Source: an uncultured Chthonomonadaceae bacterium (GTDB lineage Bacteria; Armatimonadota; Chthonomonadetes; Chthonomonadales; Chthonomonadaceae). Taken from it: DNA of 64,000 nt. This document shows, in pieces, positions 1 through 10,351 of this stretch. Below the pieces are notes generated by a model. It ran no database searches. It had not been told where the DNA came from and saw only the letters and a program-made list of their open reading frames with translations. Numbering within the stretch: the stretch's first letter is position 1; each line of letters opens with the position of its first letter. The stretch lies in the NCBI GenBank assembly GCA_963817895.1, contig CAWFQB010000004.1, positions 352,001-416,000 on the forward strand, read 5' to 3'. The position numbers and the translations under genes were made by a program.

Positions 1-31
1 TGGGAGGAGGGGAACTTTTGAGAATTATTTT

Positions 32-814
32 ATGAGTGATGTTTACTTGTTTCGGACAACTTTACGCGAACTGCTGCGGCCTAAGAATCTTGTCGGCATC
101 GGACTGCTGCTTCTGCTCAGTCCGATTGTGGCCGGGTTGTGGCGCGTCAGCGCGGTTTCCGCCGGGGATTACAACGCCGGGGCCGTGTACAACGACATGA
201 TGACGGACATGGTGTACGGCTTTGTCGTGCTGATACTGGCGGTTGTTTTCGGCACGTCGGCCATCTCGCAGGAGGTGGAGGGCAAGACCATCGTCTATCT
301 GCTGACGCGCCCGGTTCCGCGTTGGCGTATTCTGCTGATGAAGTTTCTGGCCGTCAATATCGTGGTGTTGGGAGTGGCGTGGCTGTCCACGCTGCTGATC
401 GCGCTGGTGACGTTCGGGCCGGGCGGGTTGAGCGTTTCGCCCCTGCCGCGTGATCTGGGCATTTTGCCGCTTGCCGTCGCCGCGTATGGCGGATTGTTTC
501 TGCTGCTGGGCGTAATGGTGAACCGGGCGATGCTGTACGGCCTGCTGTTCGCGTTCGGGTGGGAATCGTGGGTTCCAAGCCTGCCGGGTTCGTTTCATCG
601 GGTTTCGCTGATGGCATACGTGCGCGTTCTGTCGCCCCACATCAACGACAACCCCGCAGCGCAAATGGCGGCTGCTCTGACCGGCGCGACGGAAGAAGTG
701 ATTTCCAGCGGCATGGCATGGACAATTCTGCTCACCGTAATTGCTGTTACCCTGCTCGCGGCCCTGAGCATGTTTTCCACCGGCGAGTATGTGCCGCGCG
801 AAGAGGCCGGGTAG
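32..814 (+). CDS. ABC-2 type transporter permease subunit
   Basis: About 6 hydrophobic helices and the motif 'ISQEVEGKTIVYLLTRPVPRWRILLMKF', typical of ABC-2 permeases. Confidence 0.85.
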   Translation: MSDVYLFRTTLRELLRPKNLVGIGLLLLLSPIVAGLWRVSAVSAGDYNAGAVYNDMMTDMVYGFVVLILAVVFGTSAISQEVEGKTIVYLLTRPVPRWRILLMKFLAVNIVVLGVAWLSTLLIALVTFGPGGLSVSPLPRDLGILPLAVAAYGGLFLLLGVMVNRAMLYGLLFAFGWESWVPSLPGSFHRVSLMAYVRVLSPHINDNPAAQMAAALTGATEEVISSGMAWTILLTVIAVTLLAALSMFSTGEYVPREEAG

Positions 815-837
815 ATGCTACGCGAATGATAAATGTT

Positions 838-1491
838 ATGACCAATCCTATTCTCATTTCTCTGCAAGTCGGTACGCCGCGCAAACTGGATTTTCACGGC
901 AAAGCGTGGGAAAGCGCGATTTTCAAAGCGCCGGTTGATGTTCGCGTACCCTTAGCGCGTACCAATCTGGACGGCGACCGGCAATACAACCTCAAGTTTC
1001 ATGGTGGGCCGGACAAAGCCGTGTGCTGCTTCTCGTCGGAACACTATCCCTACTGGCAAACTGAGTTCGGCATGGGCGATACGTTCACCTATGGCGCGTT
1101 CGGGGAGAACTTCACAGTTTCGGGACTGCCGGAAACGGAAGCATGTATCGGCGACGTATACGCGGTTGGCACGGCAAAAGTACAGGTCAGCCAGCCGCGC
1201 CAACCGTGCATCAATGTGGCCCGCAAGTGGGATCGCAGAGACATGCCCGAACGCATGATGGAGTTGGGACATACGGGCTACTATCTGCGAGTCACCCAAA
1301 CCGGCGAAGTGGGCGCGGGCGATGAACTGCGCCTGCTGGAACGCCCCTGTCCCGGTATTACAGTTCATCTGCTTAACCGCGCCATGTATCAGGACGAAAG
1401 TACGCGGGAACAGGACGAGTATCTGGCGCGCCTGCCCCTGCTCGCGGCCAGCGGCAGGCGCATTTTCCAGCGACGATTAAATAAGGAGTGA
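838..1491 (+). CDS. MOSC domain protein (YiiM-like)
   Basis: Motifs SAIFK, GDRQ..HGGPDKAV, GAFGENFT, QPRQPC and TGYYLRV. Start is ATG 826 or 838, not the track start at 559. Confidence 0.88.
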   Translation: MTNPILISLQVGTPRKLDFHGKAWESAIFKAPVDVRVPLARTNLDGDRQYNLKFHGGPDKAVCCFSSEHYPYWQTEFGMGDTFTYGAFGENFTVSGLPETEACIGDVYAVGTAKVQVSQPRQPCINVARKWDRRDMPERMMELGHTGYYLRVTQTGEVGAGDELRLLERPCPGITVHLLNRAMYQDESTREQDEYLARLPLLAASGRRIFQRRLNKE

Positions 1492-1535
1492 ACCACGAGG
1501 AAGACCGGGGAACACGGGGAGGAGAGGGGAAGAAA
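1489..1535 (+). repeat. Left arm of AACCACGGGG-type palindromic repeat
   Basis: tgAACCACGAGGAAGACCGGGGAACACGGGGAGGAGAGGGGAA is related to the arm at 5216-5247 and complementary to 2174-2206. Confidence 0.75.
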
Positions 1536-1549
1536 AGGAGGGGCGGACA

Positions 1550-2098
1550 ATGTTGTATACGCTGATTGCGGGTTTTGCTGTTGTGATGTCGCTGCTTGTT
1601 ATCATAGTGCAAAAACGCGAGGTCGAGGCGCGAAAAAAGGCTCTGTCGCAAACCACAGCGAACGATGGGGCAATACCAACAACCCAATCCTTTCCTGTAC
1701 CCCCACAGGAGATTGTCGCGAGTGATGGCCTGAGCCGTGTTCCCGCTTATGTGCATCGGCTTATGCAGTCGCAAAAAACGGCGACCGTGTTGATGATTTC
1801 CGCGCTGGATGGGCAGGAATTTATGAGCATTTTGCGCATGAACAGCGGATTTATACAATTCCACTTTCTTGCCAACTGGCCTGAAACATCGGACAGGCAT
1901 CAAAGAGCGCGGGACTTTTTTACCCGGCTAAACATTACGTCGGAGGAGTCGCAGGCGAATGGTTCGCGTATTTTCACATTTCCCGAAACCGGCAAGGAAG
2001 CGGATATTGCGTTCATGGTGAAAACCACGCTGATACAGGTTATGGATGTGAAGCAAAACGCGGGACTGAAGTTTACTTATGAAGAGCGCGATTTATAA
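1550..2098 (+). CDS. Hypothetical protein with N-terminal membrane anchor
   Basis: 182 aa ORF with a GGAGG RBS and an N-terminal hydrophobic helix. It is AT-richer than its neighbours. Confidence 0.7.
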   Translation: MLYTLIAGFAVVMSLLVIIVQKREVEARKKALSQTTANDGAIPTTQSFPVPPQEIVASDGLSRVPAYVHRLMQSQKTATVLMISALDGQEFMSILRMNSGFIQFHFLANWPETSDRHQRARDFFTRLNITSEESQANGSRIFTFPETGKEADIAFMVKTTLIQVMDVKQNAGLKFTYEERDL

Positions 2099-2146
2099 AT
2101 TCTGTTAATTTTGTTTATCCTCTTATTTGCTCTTCTTTATTGTCTT

Positions 2147-2206
2147 TTTTCGTGTGTTTCGCGTATTTCGCGGTTCCCCTCTCCTCCCCGTGTTCCCCGT
2201 GGTTTA
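2147..2206 (-). repeat. Right arm of palindromic repeat (two fused 9-mer repeat types)
   Basis: TTTCGTGTGTTTCGCGTATTTCGCGG followed by TTCCCCTCTCCTCCCCGTGTTCCCCGTGGTTTA. Confidence 0.75.
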
Positions 2207-2298
2207 GCTGTTTTCCGGTTTTGTGATGCAGAAGTGAGTGGTTGTACGTATGTAGACAAAAAGGGAGTTCTCCCTGCCGCTAAAGGAGCGCGTTCCGC

Positions 2299-5218
2299 AT
2301 GGCCGAGCAAGCCGAAATCTCCGATCTGGATACCCCTGTACCATCTAATACTCCGCCTCCCACCATTGCCCAAACGGGAAAAAAACTGGTGCTGGTGGAT
2401 GCGTACGCGCTGCTGTTTCGCGCGTTTTTCTCCGGGCGCTATCTGTCTACAACTGACAACCGGCCAACGGGCGCGTTGTTCGGCTTTACCAACATGATAC
2501 TGTCCATTCTCAACAACGAGAAGCCGGACGCCATTGTGGTCTGTTGGGACGCGCCGCACCGGACGCACCGCAGCGTGGCCTTTGAAGAGTACAAAGCGCA
2601 TCGCCCGCCCGTAGACCCGCAACTATCCGCGCAGCAGCCGGTTGCCCGTGAAATCGTGGCCGCGTTCGGCATACAATCGGCGGAAATGGCCGGGTATGAG
2701 GCCGACGACCTGATTGGGACGCTGGCGCGACAGGGCGTTCAGGACGGCTACCATGTCATTGTGCTGACCGGCGATTCGGATACGCTGCAACTGGTCAACG
2801 ACCATGTTCATGTGCAGATTACGCAGCGCGGCGTGTCGGAAGTGAAGGTTTACGACGAGGCCGCCGTGCGGGAGCGGTACGGCATCGGGCCGGAGTGTAT
2901 CGCGGATTTCAAAGCGCTCACGGGCGACACCAGCGACAACATTCCGGGCGTACCCGGCATTGGCGACAAAACCGCGTCCGCCCTGCTGCAAAAGTTCGGT
3001 TCGCTGGAAAAACTGCTGCAAGTGGCGGAAGCCGGGGGCGAGGGCATCGCGCCGCCCAAAGCCAAAGCCGCGCTGGAAGCCAATGTAGAGCAGGCGCGGT
3101 TCTCGAAAAAACTGGCAACCATTGTCTGCGACGCGCCGATGGAATTCGCCATCGAACCCTACGCGCCAACCGAAGCCAACTGGCAGGACGCGCGGCAGAA
3201 GTTTCACGAACTGGAATTCAAGTCGCTGTTAGGCCGCCTGCCCGCGCCGAGCAAAACGGGAGCGGGAACAGCGGAGGATGCGGCGGAAGAGCGGCGCGTT
3301 CCCGAAGCCACGTTCAGCGCGGTTGGCATTGCCATTCATTCGCTGGAAGAGTTGGCGGACGCCCTTGCCGCCGTCCAGAAAAGCAAAACGGCTGGTATCC
3401 GCTTTGAAACCGATGGCGAACTGCCCATGCTCGCTACCCTGACCGGGTTGGCCTTTGCCCCTTCCAGAGAGGTTAGTTATTACGTCGCTATACGTGATGC
3501 CGCGCCCGCCGCAACGCCTGCAATCGCCGCGATTTCAACCGCCAATGCGCAAACCGGGTTGTTCGATGAAGACACCGTAGAGGAACAGGTAGCAAGTAAA
3601 AAGGCAAAAGGCAAAGGGAAAAAGCAGGAAGCGCAAAATCCAATAGATGAGAATAGATTTGCGGTCAGCATAGAAGATTTACAACCCCTGTTTGAAGACG
3701 CCGCAATCAATAAAACCGGTTACAACGTCAAACCGCTGGAAATCATTCTGGAACGGGCGGGCGTGAAGGTTGCGCCGTTCACCTTTGATGTGCTGATTGC
3801 CGCGTATCTGCTGGAAGCGGGGCGCTCCTCTTACCCCCTCCTCGATCTGGCGGAAACGCATCTCGACGCGGTTGTGGAAGCCGATGACGCCTATGTGGAG
3901 GGCGCGATGCTGATGCAGGAGTCCGCGCTGCTTGTGGCACTTGTGCCGCCTCTGCGCGAAGCCCTTGCCGCCGTGAAAATGACAGACATCATGGACACGA
4001 TGGAAATGCCGCTCGTGCCTGTGCTGTGCAAAATGGAGCAGGCGGGACTTGGCGTGGACGTGCCATATCTCAGCACACTTGGCGAACGCATGGGCCGACA
4101 GATGGACGCGCTTGCCGAAGAGATTTACACTCTTGCGGACGAGCGGTTCAACATCGGTTCCATCAAAAAACTACAGGAGATTCTGTTCGACAAACTGCAA
4201 TTGCCATCCGGCAAAAAGACCAAGACCGGGTATTCCACAGGCGCGGACGTGCTGGAAGCGCTGGCAGTGGAACACCCCATCGCCCGCAAAATCATTGACT
4301 GGCGCGAAATCGCCAAGCTGAAATCCACGTATGCCGACGCGCTGATTCGCCTTATCAATCCCGAAACCGGGCGCGTCCATACCAGCCTGAACCAGACGGT
4401 TGCAAGCACGGGACGCTTGAGTTCGTCCGACCCGAACCTGCAAAACATCCCTATTCGCAGCGAAATCGGGCGCGAAATCCGGCAGCGCGTTTATCGCGCC
4501 CAAAGGCAAAATGCTGCTGTCGTGCGATTATTCGCAGGTGGAACTGCGGCTGCTTGCCCATGTCACCGGCGACCCGACATTGACGCAGGCGTTTCTCGCG
4601 GATGAGGACATTCACAAAGCCACTGCCGCGCAGGTCTTTGAGGTTCCTCTCGAAGAGGTCACATCCGATCAGCGGCGGCAGGCGAAAACCATCAATTTCG
4701 CCGTGATTTACGGGCAGTCCGGCTTCGCGCTTGCGGCCATGCTGGGCGTCGGCACGGGCGTCGCGACCACATGGATCAAGGAATACTTCGAGCGGCTGCC
4801 CGGAGTTAAGAAATACGTAGACGATACCACCGCGCTCGCCCACAAGCAAAAGTACGTGCAAACCCTGCTTGGCAGGCGGCGTTACGTGCCGGAACTCGAC
4901 AGCGGCAATGCGCAGGTGCGGCAGGCGGCGGAACGCGCAGCCGTCAACATGCCCATTCAGGGCACGGCTGCCGACATCATTAAACTCGCCATGATCCACG
5001 TCAAGAAGTACCTTGACGAAACCTGTCACGACGGCTGTACCCTGCTGCTTCAGGTGCATGACGAACTGCTGTTCGAGGTGGATGCCGACATGGTGCAGAC
5101 CATCACGCCCGAAATCAAGCGTATTCTGGAATCCGCCTTTCCGCTCAACGTTCCCCTCCGCGCCGACGCCAAGTACGGGCAAACGTGGGCGGAAATGTCG
5201 CCCGTGCAAACGAAATAA
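2299..5218 (+). CDS. polA: DNA polymerase I (one +1 frameshift near 4486, probably a sequencing error)
   Basis: 5'-3' exonuclease motifs (LVDAYALLFRAF, YKAHR, EADD, GDTSDNIPGVPGIG) and TGRLSSSDPNLQNIP. The second frame carries DYSQVELR, AKTINFAVIYG and QVHDELL. Removing one C restores REIRQAFIAPKGK. Confidence 0.95.
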
Positions 5219-5321
5219 ACCACGGGGAACACGGGGGACACGGGGAGAAGAGTGGAAATGAGAGAAAAACTGCTTTCTCTTCCCTTCTCCTCCCCGTGTC
5301 CCCCGTGTTCCCCGTGGTTTA
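5216..5321. repeat. 32-bp perfect inverted repeat between convergent genes (likely bidirectional terminator or REP-like element)
   Basis: TAAACCACGGGGAACACGGGGGACACGGGGAG at 5216-5247 and its exact reverse complement at 5290-5321. Confidence 0.9.
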
Positions 5322-6158
5322 GCCTTCAACGTAGCGTTTCAGCAGGGCAATGGTTTTACGTGCGCCGCCAATTTCGTCGCCGTCACGGGGTACGGATTCG
5401 ATGCCCCAGCAGCCTTTGTAGTTGGCGTCCAGCAGGATGTGAATGGCGGAAACAGCATCTTCATCTGATATTTCATTGCCGTCCGCGCCGAATTCAAAGG
5501 TTTTGAGATGCGTCGCCGTCGCGTAGGGCGCGCATATTCGCCTGCCCTCGTCACGCAGTTCCCGTTTCCAGTTGTGCATGTCCAGCAGCAAGCCCAAACT
5601 ATCAATGCCCTCCAGAAGTTTAATAACGTTGTCGGGTATTACCGTTGGCCCCCAGTGATTTTCCACGACAATCTCAATTCCAAGCGGCGCGGCGCGGTCA
5701 ATCAGGTCGCGGTAGCCTTCGCGTATAATGGCAAATACGGGATCGGGCATATCTTCCGGCCCGCCCGCGTCAATACGTATCTGGCTTGCCCCTAATTGAT
5801 GCGCGATGTCGAGCCACTTGTAGGCGCGTTCGCGGTTCGCCTGCCGCGCTTCTTTGGTCGGCTCGTAGATGTGCGCCCCGTCAACGGCAATGCAGCCGAA
5901 CGGCAATCCAGCCTTATCCGCCGCCTGCCGAACGCGGGAAATGTAGTCCTCGTCCGCAGCCGTTAAATGCTGAAATTGACCGGGACTGCGCCCGACGTGA
6001 GAAGCGTCGTCACTGCTTTTCAAGTCGGCCAGATGCGCGTTCCAGGGATCGAGTTGGGTGCAGCCGAGCGCTTTGCAGTCCTGAATGTACTGAAAAATGT
6101 CCTGCTTACCGTCCGCGAGCAAGCGATGAAAACTAAATGAGCAGATTCCGATTTGCAT
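5319..6158 (-). CDS. Sugar phosphate isomerase/epimerase (xylose-isomerase-like TIM barrel)
   Basis: Starts MQIGICSFSF. Motifs IRIDAG, VENHWG, LLLDMHNW, HLK and GIE. Start trimmed to ATG 6158. Confidence 0.85.
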   Translation of the reverse strand: MQIGICSFSFHRLLADGKQDIFQYIQDCKALGCTQLDPWNAHLADLKSSDDASHVGRSPGQFQHLTAADEDYISRVRQAADKAGLPFGCIAVDGAHIYEPTKEARQANRERAYKWLDIAHQLGASQIRIDAGGPEDMPDPVFAIIREGYRDLIDRAAPLGIEIVVENHWGPTVIPDNVIKLLEGIDSLGLLLDMHNWKRELRDEGRRICAPYATATHLKTFEFGADGNEISDEDAVSAIHILLDANYKGCWGIESVPRDGDEIGGARKTIALLKRYVEG

Positions 6159-6189
6159 AGATAACCTCACATGACGAGACGAAAAGAAT

Positions 6190-6221
6190 TTAGCCGCGAA
6201 TATACGCGAATACACACGAAT
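6190..6221 (+). repeat. Solitary GCGAAT tandem-repeat arm
   Basis: TTAGCCGCGAATATACGCGAATACACACGAAT resembles the reverse complement of 2147-2174. Confidence 0.55.
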
Positions 6222-6331
6222 GTTAATACGAGAGGAGAGAGCGATTTTCCTGTTACGATTGGAATTCCGGCAGGGAACAGGCGGCCAGGGCGCGAATTTA
6301 AGCGTATTACATTGTGAGGAGCAAACCAAAT

Positions 6332-7174
6332 ATGACGACACATACCGCATCGCGAGTTGGCGTTTCCACCTATAGTTTGAGCCGCGCATTGGGCGCGACG
6401 TACCAGGACACGCCCGCCAATCCTGAGCGAACGCGCCGGGAACCTGCCACGCCGGGAAACCTGACGCTGCTGGAATTGCCTGCCCGAATCGCGGACGCGG
6501 GCATCCATTCGCTGGAGATTTCGCACCCGCATCTGCCGAACCGCGACGCCTCATATCTGAACGAGCTGCGAAGCGCGTTGGACGGGGCGGGCGTCGAGTT
6601 GTTCTCCGTGCTGATTGAAACCGGCGACATTACCCATCCCGAACATGCCCGCCGGGACTTGGATTGGATAGCGGGCTGGATGGAAACCGCTTCGCAACTG
6701 GGCGCGGAACGGGCGCGCGTAATTGCGGGACATGCCGCGTATACTCCCGAAACCTTGCGGCGCAGTCGGTGTGGATTGGAAGAACTAGCGCAGCGCGGCA
6801 ACGATTTGGGCGTTCGGGTGACGACGGAAAACTGGTTCGACCTGCTGGCGACGCCGGATGCGGTTCACGCGCTCATGGGCAGTCTGGAGGGGCGTATCGG
6901 CTTCAATCTGGATTTCGGCAACTGGGGCGGCGCGAACAAGTATGAGAATCTGGCCTCCATTTTCTCGTATGCCGAATCCTGCCACGCCAAATGCGATTTC
7001 GTCGCGCCTTATGAAGCGAATAAAGACGATTTTAACCGCTGTCTGGAACTCAGTCGCGCCGCCAATTTCGCCGGACCCTATACGCTGATTTACAACGATG
7101 GCGCGGGCAGCGACGAGTGGCGCGGCCTTGCGGCAGAACGAGAATTGGTTATGCCCTACTTGAAAGTGGAGTAG
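6332..7174 (+). CDS. Sugar phosphate isomerase/epimerase (TIM barrel)
   Basis: VGVSTYSL, RARVIAG, TENW, NLDFGNW and CHAK motifs. Confidence 0.82.
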   Translation: MTTHTASRVGVSTYSLSRALGATYQDTPANPERTRREPATPGNLTLLELPARIADAGIHSLEISHPHLPNRDASYLNELRSALDGAGVELFSVLIETGDITHPEHARRDLDWIAGWMETASQLGAERARVIAGHAAYTPETLRRSRCGLEELAQRGNDLGVRVTTENWFDLLATPDAVHALMGSLEGRIGFNLDFGNWGGANKYENLASIFSYAESCHAKCDFVAPYEANKDDFNRCLELSRAANFAGPYTLIYNDGAGSDEWRGLAAERELVMPYLKVE

Positions 7175-7223
7175 GAGAGGCTGAACAGGCGTGGCGGAAT
7201 CGGGATGCGCAAAGGGGCGGGGG

Positions 7224-10134
7224 ATGAATTTACCGACTGGAACCGTGACGTTTCTCTTTACCGACATCGAAGGCAGCACAAAAATATGGGAGCGTTGTCC
7301 TGAAGCGATGCGCCTTGCTCTGGCGCGTCACGATGCTTTATTGCGGCAAGCCATCGAGGGACACAGCGGCTGCGTGTTCAAAACCGTGGGCGATGCCTTT
7401 TGCGTTGCCTTTCCGAATGCCCCGGACGCGCTTCACGCCGCCCTGGATTCGCAGTTGATTCTCACAGGCGCAGGAATGGGGCGAAACCGGGCCGCTGAAA
7501 GTCAGGATGGGCCTGCATACGGGCGAGGCCGAGGAGCGCGACAACGACTATTTCGGGCCAACGCTCAATCGCGCCGCCCGCCTGCAATCAATCGCGTATG
7601 GCGGGCAAACGCTTGTTTCGCAAGCCACGTATGAACTCGCGCGAGATCGTCTGCCAGACGACGTGAAACTTCAGCCGCTCGGATTACACCGCCTGAAAGA
7701 CCTGAACCGAGCCGAACAGGTACATCAGATACTCCATCCGCAATTGCCCTCCGACTTTCCGCCTCTCCGGTCACTGGACAGTTTTCCCAACAATCTGCCC
7801 ATTCAGCTTACCAGTTTTGTGGGGCGCGAACCGGAAATGGAAGCCATCAGGAATTTGCTGGCTGCGCATCCCCTCGTCACGCTGCTTGGACCCGGCGGAA
7901 CGGGCAAGACCCGGTTAAGTATGCAAGTGGGCGCGGACATGCTGGAACGGTTTCCCGATGGCGTCTGGCTTATCGAACTGGCCCCGCTGTCCGATCCTGC
8001 GCTGGTTGCGCAGGCGGTAGCCTCGGTAATCGGGGCAAAGGAGGCGGCAGGCTGTTCCCTGACGCAGACGCTTGTGGAAACCCTGAAACCGCGCGCCACG
8101 CTGCTGATTCTGGACAACTGCGAACATCTCATCGCTTCCTGCGCCCGGTTAGCCCAAACGCTGTTACAATCCTGTCCGCATCTACAGATTTTAGCCAGCA
8201 GCCGCGAGGGGCTGAACATTCCGGGCGAATTCTGGTACCGCGTCCCCTCCCTGCGTCTGCCCGACCCGAAGAAAAGGCATACGCTTGCTTCACTCTCCCA
8301 ATTCGAGGCCGTCCTTTTGTTTGTGGATCGCGCCGTGTGTATTCAAAGCGCGTTTGCCGTCACCAACCAGAACGCCCCAGCCCTTGCGCAATTGTGCAGC
8401 CGACTGGATGGAATTCCGCTTGCGATAGAACTGGCCGCCGCCCGTATCCGTTCCCTGAGCGTAGAAGAGATCAACGCCAAACTGGACAATTGCTTCCGCC
8501 TGCTCACGGGCGGAAGCCGAACCGCGCTGCCGCGCCAGCAAACCCTCCGCGCCCTGATTGACTGGTCCTATGACATGCTTGCCGCGCCGGAAAAGACGCT
8601 GCTGCGCCGCCTGTCCGTGTTTACGGGCGGATGGACGCTGAAAGCCGCTGAAGTGGTGGGCGCGGGCGAGGAGGTGGAGGATTGGGAGGTTCTGGACCTG
8701 CTTACAAGTTTGAGCGATAAGAGTCTGGTTGTGGCCGAGCAGGAGGGGGAACACACGCGCTACCGCTTACTGGAAACCATTCGACAGTATGCCCGTGACC
8801 GATTGATGGAAAGCGGGGAAGCCGAAGCCATAAGGCAGCAACATCATGTTTGGTTCGCGCTATTTGTGGAGGAGACTTCCGCCCATCTTTCGGGGGCGAG
8901 GCAGCAGTCCACCCTGGAAATGCTGGAAAAAGAGCATGACAACCTGCGAACCGCGCTGGAATGGGCGATTGCGAGTGAGGCCGACACCGCGCTGGCAATG
9001 GCGGCGACAATGGGAGTTTTCTGGTATCTCAGCGGCTATCTGCGCGAGGGTAGCGAGCAACTGGAACGAGCGCTTGCAATCCGTCCAACAAAGCAGACGC
9101 CCGAGATACAGGTGGAAGCCTGCTTTCAGATAGGCCGATTGTGGGTTGAACAGAGCAATTTCCAGTTTGCGCGTCCGTATCTGGAGCGGTGCGTGACTCT
9201 GGCGCAACAAACGGGAAACAAACGCCGCGCCGCCTCCGCGCTGAACAGCCTGGGTATCATCACGCTTCAGCAGGGCGAACATGCGTCCGCCCGCTCGCTG
9301 TTTGAAGAGAGTTTGGTATTGCACCGGGAGCTTGGGAATACCACAGGCATCGCGTCCGGCCTGAGCAACCTGGGAAATCTGGTACAGGATCAGGGCGATT
9401 ACGCGGCAGCAAGAGCGTTCCAAGAGGAGAGCTGGGCGCTGTATGAGAAATCGGGCGATAAGCGCGGCGTTGCCAATGCCCTCATCAACCTTGGCAGCAC
9501 ACTCTATCTTGCCGGCGAGATTGACAGGGCGCGGGTTCTAACCGAACAGAGTCTGGCAGTTGGACAGGAATTAAACGATGAGTGGTACTGTTCTTACTCG
9601 CTATGCAATCTGGCAATGATTTTGAAGCATCAGGGCGAGTATGCGCGCGCAAAGCAACTGGCTGAAGAGAGCCTTGCCATCGTGCGCGGTATCGGGGATA
9701 CCGGGGAAACGGCAGCCGTCCTTGCTGTTCTGGGTGAAATCGCCTGCGTGGAGCGGGACTATGTTTCAGCGCGTTCGCTGTTTGAAGAAAGCTTGGCGTT
9801 ACAACAGCAACTCGGACAAAAAAGCCAGTGCGTGAGTTTGCTGGAAGATTTCACCGCGCTTGCCGTAGCCCTGCTGGAAGACTCAAACCAGCCTGAAACC
9901 GCGCGCCCGTATGCCCTGCAAGCCACGCGATTGTTGGGCGCGGCGGAAGCGCAACGGACGCTTTTGGGAACGCCTCTGCCTCCTGTTGCTCAACCATCTT
10001 ATGCCGCTACAATGAAAACTCTAGAATGCTTTGTCGCCCCCGAAGATTTTGCCGCCGCCCGCGCAGAGGGAGAGGCCATGAAGCTGGAACAAGCGATTGC
10101 CTGCGCATTGTCTGATCCCAACCAGAAGAAGTGA
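7224..10134 (+). CDS. Class III adenylate/guanylate cyclase + STAND-type ATPase + TPR protein (+1 frameshift near 7467)
   Basis: LPTGTVTFLFTDIEGST, FKTVGDAF, RMGLHTG, DYFGPTLNRAARL, Walker A GPGGTGKT, LILDNCEH, LDGIPLAIELAAAR and C-terminal TPRs. Removing one G joins the two ORFs (LTAQEWGETGPLKVRMG). Confidence 0.9.
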
Positions 10135-10351
10135 CAACCTGAACGAGTTCTCCATGCCAACCAGTCTCTACAAGTATCGCAAACAACAGGTACGCGCCCG
10201 GTCACGTGACATGCGCTGCGGTTTAGGCTACCAACGCTTTGACGCTTTGTGGCGCTTTGCTTCTATCCCCAAACACAAGAAACGGGCGGAACACGCGGCA
10301 ACTGCTTGCTCGCGCCAAAACGCTGATGCAAACCGATCCGGGCGCATATTA

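Noticed and set aside
4470..4510. Programmed frameshift or split polA
   Set aside because: There is no slippery run, one extra C explains the break, and similar errors are widespread in the window.
6159..6554. Long N-terminal extension of the 411-aa ORF 5319-6554
   Set aside because: It overlaps the divergent gene and a repeat, and the family-like sequence starts at MQIGICSFSF.
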